Position numbers and translations under genes: made by a program
The notes under the pieces: generated by a model
Databases searched by the model: none
Told to the model about the DNA's origin: nothing
Seen by the model: the letters and a program-made list of their open reading frames with translations, nothing else
Shown here: in pieces, positions 30,653 through 44,200 of the stretch
How positions within the stretch are numbered: the first letter of the stretch is position 1
Layout: every line of letters starts with the position of its first letter
NCBI GenBank assembly: GCA_009602735.1
Contig: WELA01002297.1
Span: 718,773 to 782,772 of the forward strand
From: Mesotaenium endlicherianum
Lineage: Eukaryota
Direction of reading: 5' to 3'
Length of the DNA: 64,000 bases

Positions 30653-31683
30653 TGGAATGTGCGTATGGCAAGTCAATTGAGGGACTCGTGAGCTACGGTG
30701 TCATACAATAAACCGAGGAGAGGAAGGAACTATGAGAATCGAGTTCAACTTCGAACGTACACAATCATGAAAAGGAGCAAAAGCAAGGAGTCCTGAAGGC
30801 AGTGGGCTTCAAATCACTTCAACCACAGTGGGTGCAGCCCAGTTCAGCCTTGAAGTATAGGAGCCCTTTAAGATCACTGAGCCAACTGGAGCTCTTACCA
30901 CCGAACATATCGCGTCAGGGCGTCACTCGACTGACGTCGTAAAGCTGATGTGAGAGGCAGTCATTTCCTCGCGCGCTTTCTTCGCAAAAATTCCGGCTTT
31001 CACGTTACGTGAGCTCCAGAAAGGGTGATCAAGCAGATCCTGGGCTAGTCCGGGTTTCATTTCCGTCCGCTTGTACGTACACATGTTCCGCGTGTTGCGA
31101 TTACTGATGCTCCCCCGCTTCTCATTGACCGGACAATGCTGCACTATGTTTGCGGCATACAAAAAGAGCGAAATTGAGTAAATATACCGCTACTAGAGTC
31201 ACCGCTCGACTTGAGTTGGCATTGTAAGCACGCTGGCCGACCAATTCGATTCTAAAGGGGTGTGAAGGGGCATGTAAAGGGGTGTCCCACTCAGTCCCAC
31301 TCCATTGGTCTTCGTCAGTCTCCGTGCCACTTCGATCACACCACTTCATGCCAGTCTTTGTCTCTGACTTTATCCACGTCTGACGTCGGCTTTTGATAGT
31401 CCCGACTGGCACGTCAATGTCGAACTCGGAACATAGAGAGAACATAGTTGAGGTACCTGTCATGACTATAAGATGGCTTCTATATTAAGGGCTTCTTATA
31501 CGGAGGTCTACTACTTGGGCGCAGTTGGCCTTAATTAAGAACGGTCAATTAACACGTCTCTCGAATCACAAAACCTGCAGGCGTCTGGCCTCTTGCGTGG
31601 GGTACAAAATTAAGGCCTAGTGCTGCAGTGTAGTCCTCATTCCAGAGGCATTTCAGAGGTCATAAGATATTGAAGGAGGAGGG

Positions 31684-33469
31684 ATGGGAGACAAGGACGT
31701 GGAAAATTCAGGAAATGGCTCTCTCATACCCGGCTTGTCGAATGACCTGGCTATGCTGTGCCTGGCGCGTGTGCCCTATCATGTACGACGAGCGTGCACA
31801 AGAGTGTCTTCGTTGTGGCGTGCAGCCATAGCAGGTGCCGAGCTGCAACACATACAGTCTCTCGAGGGCCTTGAAGAGGAGATATTGTGTGTCTGCCTGG
31901 GTGTACAGGAGGTGCAAGAGCAGCGAGCTCTGGTATTTGAGGTGAGAGGCACCTGATGTGCATTGCAATGGGGTAGGGTCGTCTCAACTCAAAATGGACT
32001 AGTAATGAAGGCCATGCAGGCAAATTGTTGGGCGAGAGTGTGAAATTTGACTCCCCACATATATTGATCGCTTTGTACTCGGACCTTCTTCCCTTGGTGA
32101 TGCACTCTTTGGGGCAAGTTTTGGCGAACGTGGACTGTGGGATATTTTGTTAATTTTCATTTGGGGGGCATAAATTATACATAGGACGACAAATTTGTAA
32201 CTGGTGCCCTCCACTAATCTTGCAGATGATTGAGCTCAGGCATGAGCCCTCAAATGCCAGGATGAAGAAAATCTGGGCCCCTTAACGCTCATTCTCATGA
32301 CCTCTGTATTTATCTCCTCCCTTCTTCTCCCTGGCCCTCCAGAAATGACTGGTGACGCATCAGCCCCAGGGTCAGCTTCCCTTCTCTTCTCTTGGCGATT
32401 GCTGGCACGTGTTCAGCACATGGGTGGGAAGGGTCTTGTCAAGGCACGGGGTCAAGGGAGTCTAAGGTAGTTAACGCGTCAGCCAGAGTGCCAGCAGGCG
32501 TACTGGAGTTTCCTCCTTGCCAGAGGCATCGCCACCTCATGTCTGCTTAATGGCGTGATGGAGGCCGAGTATTTGTAACTGCTGCACTCCCGCCCTTTGC
32601 GAGGGCACGGAGGAAAGGGAAGGGCAGGCGGGGTGTCGTGGAGGCACCTGCTGGCACCGACTTTGGCTCCAGTTTGAAAGGGCACCGGATGAGAGGAAGT
32701 TGGCTTCGCTGCCCGCCCAGCTGTTGGAAGCTGCTGACTTGCGCGTGACTATATATCTTAAATTAACGGCGCCTCTTGAGCTGTTGATCATGGGGGGGGG
32801 GAGCGNNNNNNNNNNNNNNNNNNNNNNNNNNNNNNNNNNNNNNNNNNNNNNNNNNNNNNNNNNNNNNNNNNNNNNNNNNNNNNNNNNNNNNNNNNNNNNN
32901 NNNNNNNNNNNNNNNNNNNNNNNNNNNNNNNNNNNNNNNNNNNNNNNNNNNNNNNNNNNNNNNNNNNNNNNNNNNNNNNNNNNNNNNNNNNNNNNNNNNN
33001 NNNNNNNNNNNNNNNNNNNNNNNNNNNNNNNNNNNNNNNNNNNNNNNNNNNNNNNNNNNNNNNNNNNNNNNNNNNNNNNNNNNNNNNNNNNNNNNNNNNN
33101 NNNNNNNNNNNNNNNNNNNNNNNNNNNNNNNNNNNNNNNNNNNNNNNNNNNNNNNNNNNNNNNNNNNNNNNNNNNNNNNNNNNNNNNNNNNNNNNNNNNN
33201 NNNNNNNNNNNNNNNNNNNNNNNNNNNNNNNNNNNNNNNNNNNNNNNNNNNNNNNNNNNNNNNNNNNNNNNNNNNNNNNNNNNNNNNNNNNNNNNNNNNN
33301 NNNNNNNNNNNNNNNNNNNGTGTGTGCGTGTGTGCGTGTGTGCGTGCGAGCATGCAGGGGTATAGCGTGGCGCACAGGGAGTGGTTCAAGCTGCCTCCTC
33401 TGCCGCTGGCGTGCCTGTCCTCCTGGAAGCCCCACCGCCGGCACGACCACTTTGCCGGCTACGAGGTAC

Positions 33470-33515
<46 letters not shown>

Positions 33516-35857
33516 TCTCACGCGCACGCACTCATACACTCCCGCTTGCACACACGCATTTGCTGACTCATGCACACACACATAAATGCGTGCGCACATG
33601 CACACAGATGCTGACGCTTCTGGGGCTGCTCGTGTGAGCAGAGTGTGTGTCGCTATTGTGTAACTGTAACTAAGAGAGATATACACTGGGCAAAATGCTG
33701 TTTGTATCTGTGTCTGTTCCTCTGAGAAGCCACCCGGTGGTCGAGACCTTTCTTTCACTTGGTATATCTGCGTGGTGGGTGTCATGCAAGCTGTGTACAC
33801 TGTCGCGAGAATGATATGCTACATCTGCCAGATTATGTGTAAGCTGCGGGCGCTCTGGATGCTCAGGGTGACCCTCGTTTCTATGACACAGGAAGACAAA
33901 ATTTGCGTCAATTAACACCCAGGCTTTGGCTGGCCACCACGTCTCTCTCCATCCAAGCATCTCGCTGAGCTGGCAGCTCGTGGACGTGCGTTCATAGTGC
34001 TGACAGCTGGCGGTGCCTGGCGGTGCTTCTTGCTGGCACGGTTTGGGGGTGCTGCCAGGTGGTGGCGGTGGGGCGCAAGCTGCTGCTGATGGGCGGCGCC
34101 TTCTACCGGCGGGGCGAGCCCAACGCACTGCGCGCGCCGCAGATGAGTGCGGACGTGTGGGCCTTTGACGCGACACGTGGCGGCGGCGGCGGCGCGTGGT
34201 GCCAGCTGGCACCCATGAGCCACGCACGCACCTTCTTTGCAGCCGCCGCCCTTGACGCCGCCCGCGTGCTGGTGGCCGGCAGCAACTTTGCGGCGACGGC
34301 AGAGGTGCTGGATGTGCGCACGGGCGCCTGGCGGGCGGCAGAGGACATGCCCTACCCGGGCGACACCTGTCGCGGCGTGGCCAAGGACGGCCGCTACTAT
34401 GCCGTGTGGCACCGCCACCCCTTCCACGGGCCGCGGCCCGCCCACGTGTACGACGCGGGGAGCAACACGTGGCGCACGCTAGCGGGGTTCTTCCCGTCCA
34501 ACGGCAGCCTGGCCACCAGCCAGCCCATGGCCGTGCTGGGCGGCGAGCTGTACGCCACGCAGGGCGAGCGCGAGAGCCGCATGAACGCCGTCTCCGTGCT
34601 CCGCCGCCGCCCCCCCGCGCCCCCTTTCCCCTTCTCGCGGCCCCGACCGTCCTCGTTGCCCATTGCAGGCGAGGGTGACGAGGGCAGGCAGGGGAGACAG
34701 GGGGCTGGGGCTGCAGAGCACGAGGAGGGGGGGGAGAGTAAGCTGGGGGCTGCAGAGGAGCACGAGGAGGGGGAGGGGGAGGCGGGTGAAGGGGGGGCGG
34801 AGGTGTGGGAGGCGGTGGCGAGGCTGCCCAGGCGCATGCGCGAGCGGCGCGGGCGCGAGGAGGCAAGCGTGCAGGGCCACTTTGTGGCGGCTGCCAGCGG
34901 CAAGCTCGTGCTCATCCAGTCAGGTGCGTGCGTGCGTGTGAGCGTGGCGTACGCTTGAGTGCGTGCATGCGTGTCGGCCGCTGGACACCTGGCTCTTTGG
35001 TATCGCCTGCCCCGCTTGTTTGAGCTCAGCAACATTTGGGGCCCGTTTTAGATTCCCTTGCTGGCACCGCTGTTCCGCCTCTCTCTCCTCCCCCCCCCCC
35101 AACCCTCCCCCCCGGTTTCTCGCATGGGCACGTCGCCCCTCCCATGTCTGGCCCGCCCTTCTCCACGCCTTCCCTCATGCCTCCCCTGCTGCTACTTATG
35201 CCTCTTGCGGTGTCTCTTCTTTGCCCAGTTGCTGTATGCGCAATGCTCATGCTCCCGTGTGCTCCAGTAGATGCTGGCGCCTCAACAAAACAGTACACAG
35301 ACGCAGCCTGCAGGGGGGTCCAGTTGCTGCTGTTGCGCAGATGGGCCTGCCTGCCTGCCTGCCTGCCTGCTGGCTTGCTAGATGCTGGCTAAAGGCCTTA
35401 ATGGGGTAACGGAAGGACTAAATTCAGAGTTTGTTATTGAGAAAGGTAACAAAACTAGGGTGATTAAGGGTAGCAAAAGAAACAACATGGATGGGATTGG
35501 AAGGAGGGGGGGCAAAGGNCAGTTGCGTGGAAGCACGTGGCGCAGGAGGAGGAGGAGGAGGGCCTCTACGACGCAGCAGAGGTCGACGACGATGCCTCCC
35601 CCCCCTGCCGCTCCTACATGAGCATCCTCCGCCCCTGCTACGACAGCCGAGGCTGCGGCAGCGACAGCGGCAGCAATAGCGGGAGCAATAGCGGCAGCGG
35701 CAGCGGCAACGGCAGCGGCAGCGGCAGGGAGGGTGCGGCGCGTAGGGGCAGGCGAGCGGGCGGCTCGTGGGGTTGGCGGGCCACGAGCTTTCAGTGGGAG
35801 ACGTTCGACGAGGAGATTGGCGCCGGCGTCTCGGCATGCGGTGTCATCCGGCTGTGA
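31684..35857 (+). CDS. F-box/kelch-repeat protein
   Basis: Exons 31684-31941, 33358-33465, 34059-34923, 35523-35857. F-box LIPGLSNDLAMLCLARVP...RVSSLWR. Kelch motifs KLLLMGG, WCQLAPMSHARTFFAAA, AEVLDVRTGAW, HVYDAGSNTW. An extra exon in the gap 32806-33319 cannot be excluded. Confidence 0.85.
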
Positions 35858-38213
35858 CTGGGCACGCGTGTCTCTCTTCTTAGTCCATTGTATATATGCG
35901 TGTATATTTACAAACGTGCAGGCGCAGCTCTTGCGCGTCTCCTCCACCTTCCTTTAAAGAAGGCTCCTATCTGCAAAGAGAGACAGAGGAAGAGAGGAAG
36001 GGAAATACAGAAGCGTACTTTCTTCTTCTGGCAAATAAATGTTGTCCCATACGATGATGTGGACTGGCTCCCTTGACGCATCGTACTCAAAAATTTCCAC
36101 GGCAGCCTATTGTCACGAACTGCACGCGCTGACGCCAGCCATCGTCCCAGAGCAAGGAGGCAGCTTTACTTGCTCACATTTTGATTAGTCAGGCACGGCA
36201 TAATCCTACGTCTGCAATGGAGCTGAATATATGATCAATTGCGGGCACTCCGTGGGGACAACACGCTAGGCCCCAGAGCTCCACTAGTATCTGAGGGGTA
36301 GGTTGGCAGGCGCATCGTGTGCAGGACAGCCCAGCCCTTGTGTCAGCTGCGCAGGGCGTAGCGATTGTTGTCTCACGTGTAAGGTTTTAGATAGGGTTGA
36401 GACTACCCCTAGTGCATAGACATCTAGGCTTGCTGTGGTGTGGTTCAAGTCGTCAGTTGCCGGCAACGCTGCATCGCCCGACTTTGAGGTGGTGAGGTGG
36501 TGAACCATGCACAATGAAGTGCATGAGTCAAAAGCAAGTAAGTATTTTGCGACTACGCATGATTGCCTGACTTCACACGCCATGTGTCAGTCTGATATAC
36601 CCATCTTTGCCGTCCTAGGGAGCCTGGTGTGCTTTGCGAACAACTCAGCTGTCATTATGGGGCTTAGACCACGGGGGTTCAACATGCATTATTCCGTCAA
36701 TGAGCGTGGCAGCAGTAGCTGTTGAATGTTGCACATGTCCCATTTGCATCTAGCTAGAATCGGCTCAACTATACAATTGCATGATGACAAGTTTGTTGAC
36801 GATTTTGACGTCACGTGCTTATCTACTAAGGACTTGATTCAGGTTGTATGCATAAAGGGTCAAGGCCAACAGGGCCCCATAATGGGGAACTTGTGCATCA
36901 TTTTTTCGCTACTTTCAATTTTGTATTATACAACATATTGGTACCTCTTACGTGAACGTGCATGTATAAGTTTATTATATATGGTCATTTCGTTACAACT
37001 TTTAGAGGTGCAATGCAAAATTTATTATGTGCAGCCTCTCTTTGTATTTTAACACATAGGATTAAGCCACTAGCTACTCACGCGTCACCTTAGTGTCTAT
37101 GGGAGGAATATTTCCAGTCACTTATGAGAAGTTATCAGATCGTAATACGGTATATTTTGTACGCCAACTACTCCCTCAATCAGATCATGACGCTAAGAGT
37201 ATAAGTCTTAAAACTTGAGAGTCATAATATTAATTCAAATGACATCATAAATATTTTGTTTCTTTTTTTGAAATATATTTGCTTCAGTGATACATCTGTC
37301 ATATTATGTCACTTCACAGCTTACACCTTTTTACATATCTTTTTGCTCCCTTGCAAAAGTCATTCTTATTGCACTATTGCAATCGAGGCATTGGCCCATG
37401 TATATATCGTACACCTAACGGAAGGTATTTTAGTTTCTAGCCTCTTATGTATATGTCGAGAATATATGAAGAAACTAGTCGTGATTTTATTGTGACCATT
37501 TTTTGGGGACAGGGAAGCCAGTAAAATTTCATGATAGAGGAATTAACGGAATCAATGATCCAATACGAGGGATAAAACGACGAAACTAGTTTAACTTGAC
37601 CCTACATTGAGTGCGCCTTCGTGAGAATACCCTTACGGTATACGGCTGCATACGGCCCATGTTGAGCATTTCGGACCGTAACCTTTTGTACAATTTCGTA
37701 TACAGTTCCTGCTTATACAATGCTTGTCCATTCCGTTGGTCCGGATAGTTTCCGGACTAACTGTCCAGCTGGAGCCGGGCAAGGCGTGGCGTGCCGTGGT
37801 GGTGGATGGTGCGCTGGTTTGACTTCCCAGGAAGCTCTCGTCTTGCATGATATAAAAAAGCGATGGAGTGATGCATGCATACGACGATGTGTGAACTTTC
37901 TCGGCTCATTCCATTGCGTCCTTATGTTAAGTGGACTTACGATCATGAAAGACAATGCTCAGGTGATACAAGTAATGCCTTTTGACACACTCGCTCAACA
38001 CGATCTTCTCTTAGCGTCAGAGAACAGCGCATTGATATCAATCTTGATCGGAGAGTCCACGGCTCGTTGACGGAAGTTAAGACACTTACGGACAGCCGGA
38101 AGAAAGCTTCATCAAGGGAGCTTCATTTCCAACTAAAAGTCTCCTGGGGCGCTGGTTCGTGTGCTCTTCCGCGTTGGGTTCCCACCCGACAGTTGGATAG
38201 CACAGGTGTTGTC

Positions 38214-41200
38214 ATGGCCGCTAGGGGCGGGCCAAGAGGGAGAGGCCTCGGTTTAAGGATAGGGGTTCCCCCGCGTACAGCCTCTGGTAGTCTGGCCGGG
38301 CGGCCCGTACCGCCTCTGGCAGTGCCCCAGCCGCTTCCTCTCCCCCCTGTGCCTGCCAACGAAGGAGGGCAAATCGATGGTAGTCTTCTGGCTGCTGGAG
38401 ATGCTTCCAGGGAACAGATAGGGTTAGAAGATCTAGAGAAGTTCAATCCTCCCCTGGGTCAAGGCAGCGGAGGCAAGGTGTACAAAGTGCGGCATCGACG
38501 AACAGGCCAGGTGAGAGCGAGAGAGAGCTGTCAACCACCAGTGCAGGTTTGAGCTGCTGTCTGCCGCCGTGTGCTGACATGGCTGGCCAATGGCAGCCCA
38601 CGAGATGCAGAGAACGAGATGAGCACTTTGAAATGTGAAGAAAGGCCGTTGCTGGGGTGCCTTTTGCACATCAGCGTCCACATCAGCTTCCACGTCAGCA
38701 CCCCTCCCCTGAGCCAGCCAGAGGATCGAGACAGGGAGCGAGCTCGATAACGTCCAAGTACTGTTTGTAGTATAGCCGGACTACAGCATGGGCAGCGAGT
38801 GCCCCCACAGTCCTCACGCTGTTTCTTGTTTTCCCAAGCACGCTATCTAGGGCTCTCGTTCTTTGCACCCTTCTTGGCATTCCTCCGGCTCCCTGTTTGG
38901 CCTCATAGGCTGCTGCATAGATTCTGCAGAAGCTGCACAGGCTGCAGCCTGGAGAGGGGCGCGGGTTACTAGAGGAGCTTGATGGCCGTTGCTGCCTGCC
39001 TGCCTGCAAGCAAGCAGGCAAGCGAGCGAGGATACGCAAGCAGGCAGGCAGGCTCCCTGCGAGGCAGGCCAGGATAGGGCAGGCCAGGCCAGGCCAGAGC
39101 GGGTCCCCCCTCGGATGGGACCCAGCTGGCTCTTGCTGCCCCAGAGCAACGTCGTTGAAAGTCCCTTCATTTTAGCATCCGTTGTCGCGAGCATTCGTTG
39201 CCGATGGGTCCTCTCATTGCCGCATTTCTGGTGGGTCGAGCATACGCGTTGCCGGCGTCGCAAGAGCCAAGAGCTTCTGTGGGTCTTTCGCGTAAGCGTG
39301 TGGCGCGGCCAAGCGCAGCCGAGCTGCCCCGTGGGCCGCTTCAGTCAGAAGTCTGCCTGCAGCAGCAGCAGCAGCAGCAGCGGAGGAGGAGGAGGAGGAG
39401 GAGGAGGAGGAGGAGGAGGAGGAGGNNNNNNNNNNNNNNNNNNNNNNNNNNNNNNNNNNNNNNNNNNNNNNNNNNNNNNNNNNNNNNNNNNNNNNNNNNN
39501 NNNNNNNNNNNNNNNNNNNNNNNNNNNNNNNNNNNNNNNNNNNNNNNNNNNNNNNNNNNNNNNNNNNNNNNNNNNNNNNNNNNNNNNNNNNNNNNNNNNN
39601 NNNNNNNNNNNNNNNNNNNNNNNNNNNNNNNNNNNNNNNNNNNNNNNNNNNNNNNNNNNNNNNNNNNNNNNNNNNNNNNNNNNNNNNNNNNNNNNNNNNN
39701 NNNNNNNNNNNNNNNNNNNNNNNNNNNNNNNNNNNNNNNNNNNNNNNNNNNNNNNNNNNNNNNNNNNNNNNNNNNNNNNNNNNNNNNNNNNNNNNNNNNN
39801 NNNNNNNNNNNNNNNNNNNNNNNNNNNNNNNNNNNNNNNNNNNNNNNNNNNNNNNNNNNNNNNNNNNNNNNNNNNNNNNNNNNNNNNNNNNNNNNNNNNN
39901 NNNNNNNNNCACCCCCCCCCCTTTACCCCTTTCCGCCCTCCCTTTCCAGAGGACTTTGGCCTTGCTGCCACTCTAGGCGCTGGCTGATGACACATGGGCG
40001 CAACAACGGATACACGACGGTGCGGAGAGGTGTGAGAGAGGGCGCGCAATGTGCAGGCAGGAGGCTGACTGTTCAGCAGCAGGAGGGGAGAGTTGTGGCG
40101 TGTGGGGTCGAGGGAGAGGGTGGGCACGTGCGTGCTTGCGGCTGGCGCTCTCTCGCGACCTGCGTGTCTTCTCTGGGTGCTTGTGTGCTCCCCCCCCTCC
40201 CCCTCCTCCCTCCCCTCCCTCCCCGGGGGTCGTGTGAGCAAGAGCATGGACCTGACTATATGCGCAAGTTGGCAACAATACGTGCATTTTCACTTCCTCC
40301 CCTTGGAAGGTCAGAAGTCTCTCGAGACAGAGAGAGGCAAAGGCAAGGGAGAGAGGGAGAGAGGAATCTGTGAAGCTTGCTTGCCCGCAAGGCGTGGCCG
40401 TTGGGGGGCACGTGGAAGCTTTCAGGTGCTGTTCACATTGACAGGCATCATCAATGCTGCTCCTCTATTTTCGGCTGGCTGCACAGTAAGGAAGGGCTAG
40501 CACTCGGGAGGGCCATCCTCTGGTAGCCACAGGTTCTGGCACGCGTGCATGGATGGATGCCTGCATGTGTTGTGGGCATGTGCGCACGTGTGTAGGCTTG
40601 CACGCATCCTTGCCGCGTGGCGGTGCATCCGCGAGAGCAGTGGTGAATCAACCGCAGAGTGCCCCTCTCGCCAAGTGTCGCCACAGCATGATTTGTGCCT
40701 CCCTGTCATAATTGGGAGAGGCCAGGCTGGGACAGGAGCCAGCCGCCGCCGCCGCCGCCGCTGCTGCTGCTGCCGCTGCTTGCTGGTGCCACCCTCTAGG
40801 ACAGCACTGCACAGCAGCACGGCCCTTCCCAGCCCAGCCCAGCCCCGCCCCAGCCCAGGCCAGCTCAGCACGGCGTGACACGGCATGCATGATGGCAGGA
40901 AGAGTGAGCTTGGCCTGACTGTGGGTGCTCGTCCCCCCCCCCCTTGTGTGCATTGGTGCGTGTGTGTGCGTGGGCGTGGTGGCGTGGGGGTGGGCGCGTG
41001 GGCGTGGTGTGCGTGGTGTGCGTGTGCGCGCGGGGGTGCAGATAGTGCAGTGCCTGGGGATCTACGACCGCATGGGCGAGATCTCGTTCGTGCTGGAGCT
41101 CATGGACGGCGGCACGCTCGCCGACATCGTGAAGCTGCGGGTGCGTGGCCCTCCCTCTGCCCTCCCTCCGCCCCCCCTCTCCCCTCTCCCCTCTCCCCTC

Positions 41201-44200
41201 TCCCCTCTCCCCTCTCCCCTGTCCATTCTCCTCACCTCTCGCCTCTCCCCTATTGCCTCTCCCCTCCCGCCTCACCCCTCTCTGCTCTCGCCCTCTTCTC
41301 TCTCTCTCAATAGCTCCTCGTCCTTGGCGCCTCCCTCTTGACCCGCCCGCCTCCTCCTCCTCCTCACCTGAAGAAGTGGCCACTCGAGGGCGCCCTGTTT
41401 GTGGATGTATGTGTGCGAGCAGAGGAGCATTGGGGGCTGCGTGATGGGAGCTCTGCATTTGTTTTCTCGAATGCTCTCTCAGCAACCTGCGTGGGCACAC
41501 CCGCACCCATGTCCGTATGCACACCCGGGGCCGCATGCGGGGGACAGGCTGGCTGCTGCATTGCAAATTGAAATGTACCTTCTCCACAGCATCCAAACAA
41601 ACGAGCCCAGTCACAGGCATCTTCTGTTTGGCGAACGGTGCGCTTAGCGGATGGGTGAGGACTTCAATGCCCGTCCTCTTGCTCAGGAAAGCATTGAGAT
41701 GCTCGAGCAGGAGCAATGCGGGGCCTACAGTGAAACGAAACGCACTTAGTTCGCGGATACTTCACCGCAAAGGCACGACAGAAACCCGCGGTGGACCTGT
41801 TGTTGCACAGTCTGACTCAAACGTCGGAGCATGCCGCGGGCGGGCGTAAGCAGTGGAGGGCTTCGTTTGTGCTCGCGCACATCGCAGTTCTGCCACCTGG
41901 CACCTGCTCGGATGCTCCCAAGAAGGTGCCCTGTCCGCGCACTTCTAGGGGCTTGTGGCAGCGTCGTCGTCGTTGTCGTCGTCGTTGTCTCGTTGTCGTG
42001 CGTTTTGTGGTCCCTTCTGACCGACCTGAGGGGGCGGCAACGCCCCTCACACGGCGAAGCAGCAGTAGCTGCAGCGGCAGTGGCGGGTGTGTTACTTTGG
42101 AATGGGGCAGCAGGGAGCAGCAGCGGCCTTGCAGACGCCCGCCTCAAGAAGAGAGGAGGGGTGGGGCGAGTGATGCCAGGCCTGTGTGAGGGGGCAGGAA
42201 TCTGTTGCCTCAAAGAGGGACCAAAGGGGTGGGGTTGGGGTTGGGTCATTTGGACTGATGGCTGGGGATGCTTCTCTCTCTCTGCGCCCCTGCCTCCTGC
42301 AGAGGGGAGGGCCTGTGCACGGTACGTGGCAGAGCTCAGCTCGGCTCTGTCTGCTAGAGCCTGCATGGGCCATCAGGACAGGGAGGGAGGGAGGGAGGGA
42401 GGGAGGGATGCCCGGGGGAAGGAGAGTGTGGGGAGGAAATGCATCTTCCTTCGCTTACGCCTTGTAACTGGGGCGGAGCTCAAGGGGCTGGGGACTGGCT
42501 GGCGGGAGAAGGGGCCAGTGGAGAGGAGGGCTCATGGGCGCGCGCACGCACGCGCGCGAGGAAGGNNNNNNNNNNNNNNNNNNNNNNNNNNNNNNNNNNN
42601 NNNNNNNNNNNNNNNNNNNNNNNNNNNNNNNNNNNNNNNNNNNNNNNNNNNNNNNNNNNNNNNNNNNNNNNNNNNNNNNNNNNNNNNNNNNNNNNNNNNN
42701 NNNNNNNNNNNNNNNNNNNNNNNNNNNNNNNNNNNNNNNNNNNNNNNNNNNNNNNNNNNNNNNNNNNNNNNNNNNNNNNNNNNNNNNNNNNNNNNNNNNN
42801 NNNNNNNNNNNNNNNNNNNNNNNNNNNNNNNNNNNNNNNNNNNNNNNNNNNNNNNNNNNNNNNNNNNNNNNNNNNNNNNNNNNNNNNNNNNNNNNNNNNN
42901 NNNNNNNNNNNNNNNNNNNNNNNNNNNNNNNNNNNNNNNNNNNNNNNNNNNNNNNNNNNNNNNNNNNNNNNNNNNNNNNNNNNNNNNNNNNNNNNNNNNN
43001 NNNNNNNNNNNNNNNNNNNNNNNNNNNNNNNNNNNNNNNNNNNNNNNNNNNNNNNNNNNNNNNNNNNNNNNNNNNNNNNNNNNNNNNNNNNNNNNNNNNN
43101 NNNNNNNNNNNNNNNNNNNNNNNNNNNNNNNNNNNNNNNNNNNNNNNNNNNNNNNNNNNNNNNNNNNNNNNNNNNNNNNNNNNNNNNNNNNNNNNNNNNN
43201 NNNNNNNNNNNNNNNNNNNNNNNNNNNNNNNNNNNNNNNNNNNNNNNNNNNNNNNNNNNNNNNNTCCCCTCTCCCCTCTCCCCTCTCCCCTCTCCCCTCT
43301 CCCCTGTCCATTCTCCTCACCTCTCGCCTCTCCCCTATTGCCTCTCCCCTCCCGCCTCACCCCTCTCTGCTCTCGCCCTCTTCTCTCTCTCTCAATAGCT
43401 CCTCGTCCTTGGCGCCTCCCTCTTGACCCGCCCGCCTCCTCCTCCTCCTCACCTGAAGAAGTGGCCACTCGAGGGCGCCCTGTTTGTGGATGTATGTGTG
43501 CGAGCAGAGGAGCATTGGGGGCTGCGTGATGGGAGCTCTGCATTTGTTTTCTCGAATGCTCTCTCAGCAACCTGCGTGGGCACACCCGCACCCATGTCCG
43601 TATGCACACCCGGGGCCGCATGCGGGGGACAGGCTGGCTGCTGCATTGCAAATTGAAATGTACCTTCTCCACAGCATCCAAACAAACGAGCCCAGTCACA
43701 GGCATCTTCTGTTTGGCGAACGGTGCGCTTAGCGGATGGGTGAGGACTTCAATGCCCGTCCTCTTGCTCAGGAAAGCATTGAGATGCTCGAGCAGGAGCA
43801 ATGCGGGGCCTACAGTGAAACGAAACGCACTTAGTTCGCGGATACTTCACCGCAAAGGCACGACAGAAACCCGCGGTGGACCTGTTGTTGCACAGTCTGA
43901 CTCAAACGTCGGAGCATGCCGCGGGCGGGCGTAAGCAGTGGAGGGCTTCGTTTGTGCTCGCGCACATCGCAGTTCTGCCACCTGGCACCTGCTCGGATGC
44001 TCCCAAGAAGGTGCCCTGTCCGCGCACTTCTAGGGGCTTGTGGCAGCGTCGTCGTCGTTGTCGTCGTCGTTGTCTCGTTGTCGTGCGTTTTGTGGTCCCT
44101 TCTGACCGACCTGAGGGGGCGGCAACGCCCCTCACACGGCGAAGCAGCAGTAGCTGCAGCGGCAGTGGCGGGTGTGTTACTTTGGAATGGGGCAGCAGGG

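Noticed and set aside
31283..31301. Twin GTCCCAC motifs resembling the plant snRNA USE
   Set aside because: Incomplete match, no correctly spaced TATA and no snRNA sequence downstream.
36200..37500. Possible degraded gene or transposon between the F-box and MAPKK genes
   Set aside because: Short ORFs with stops; no recognisable domain, terminal repeats or TSD.
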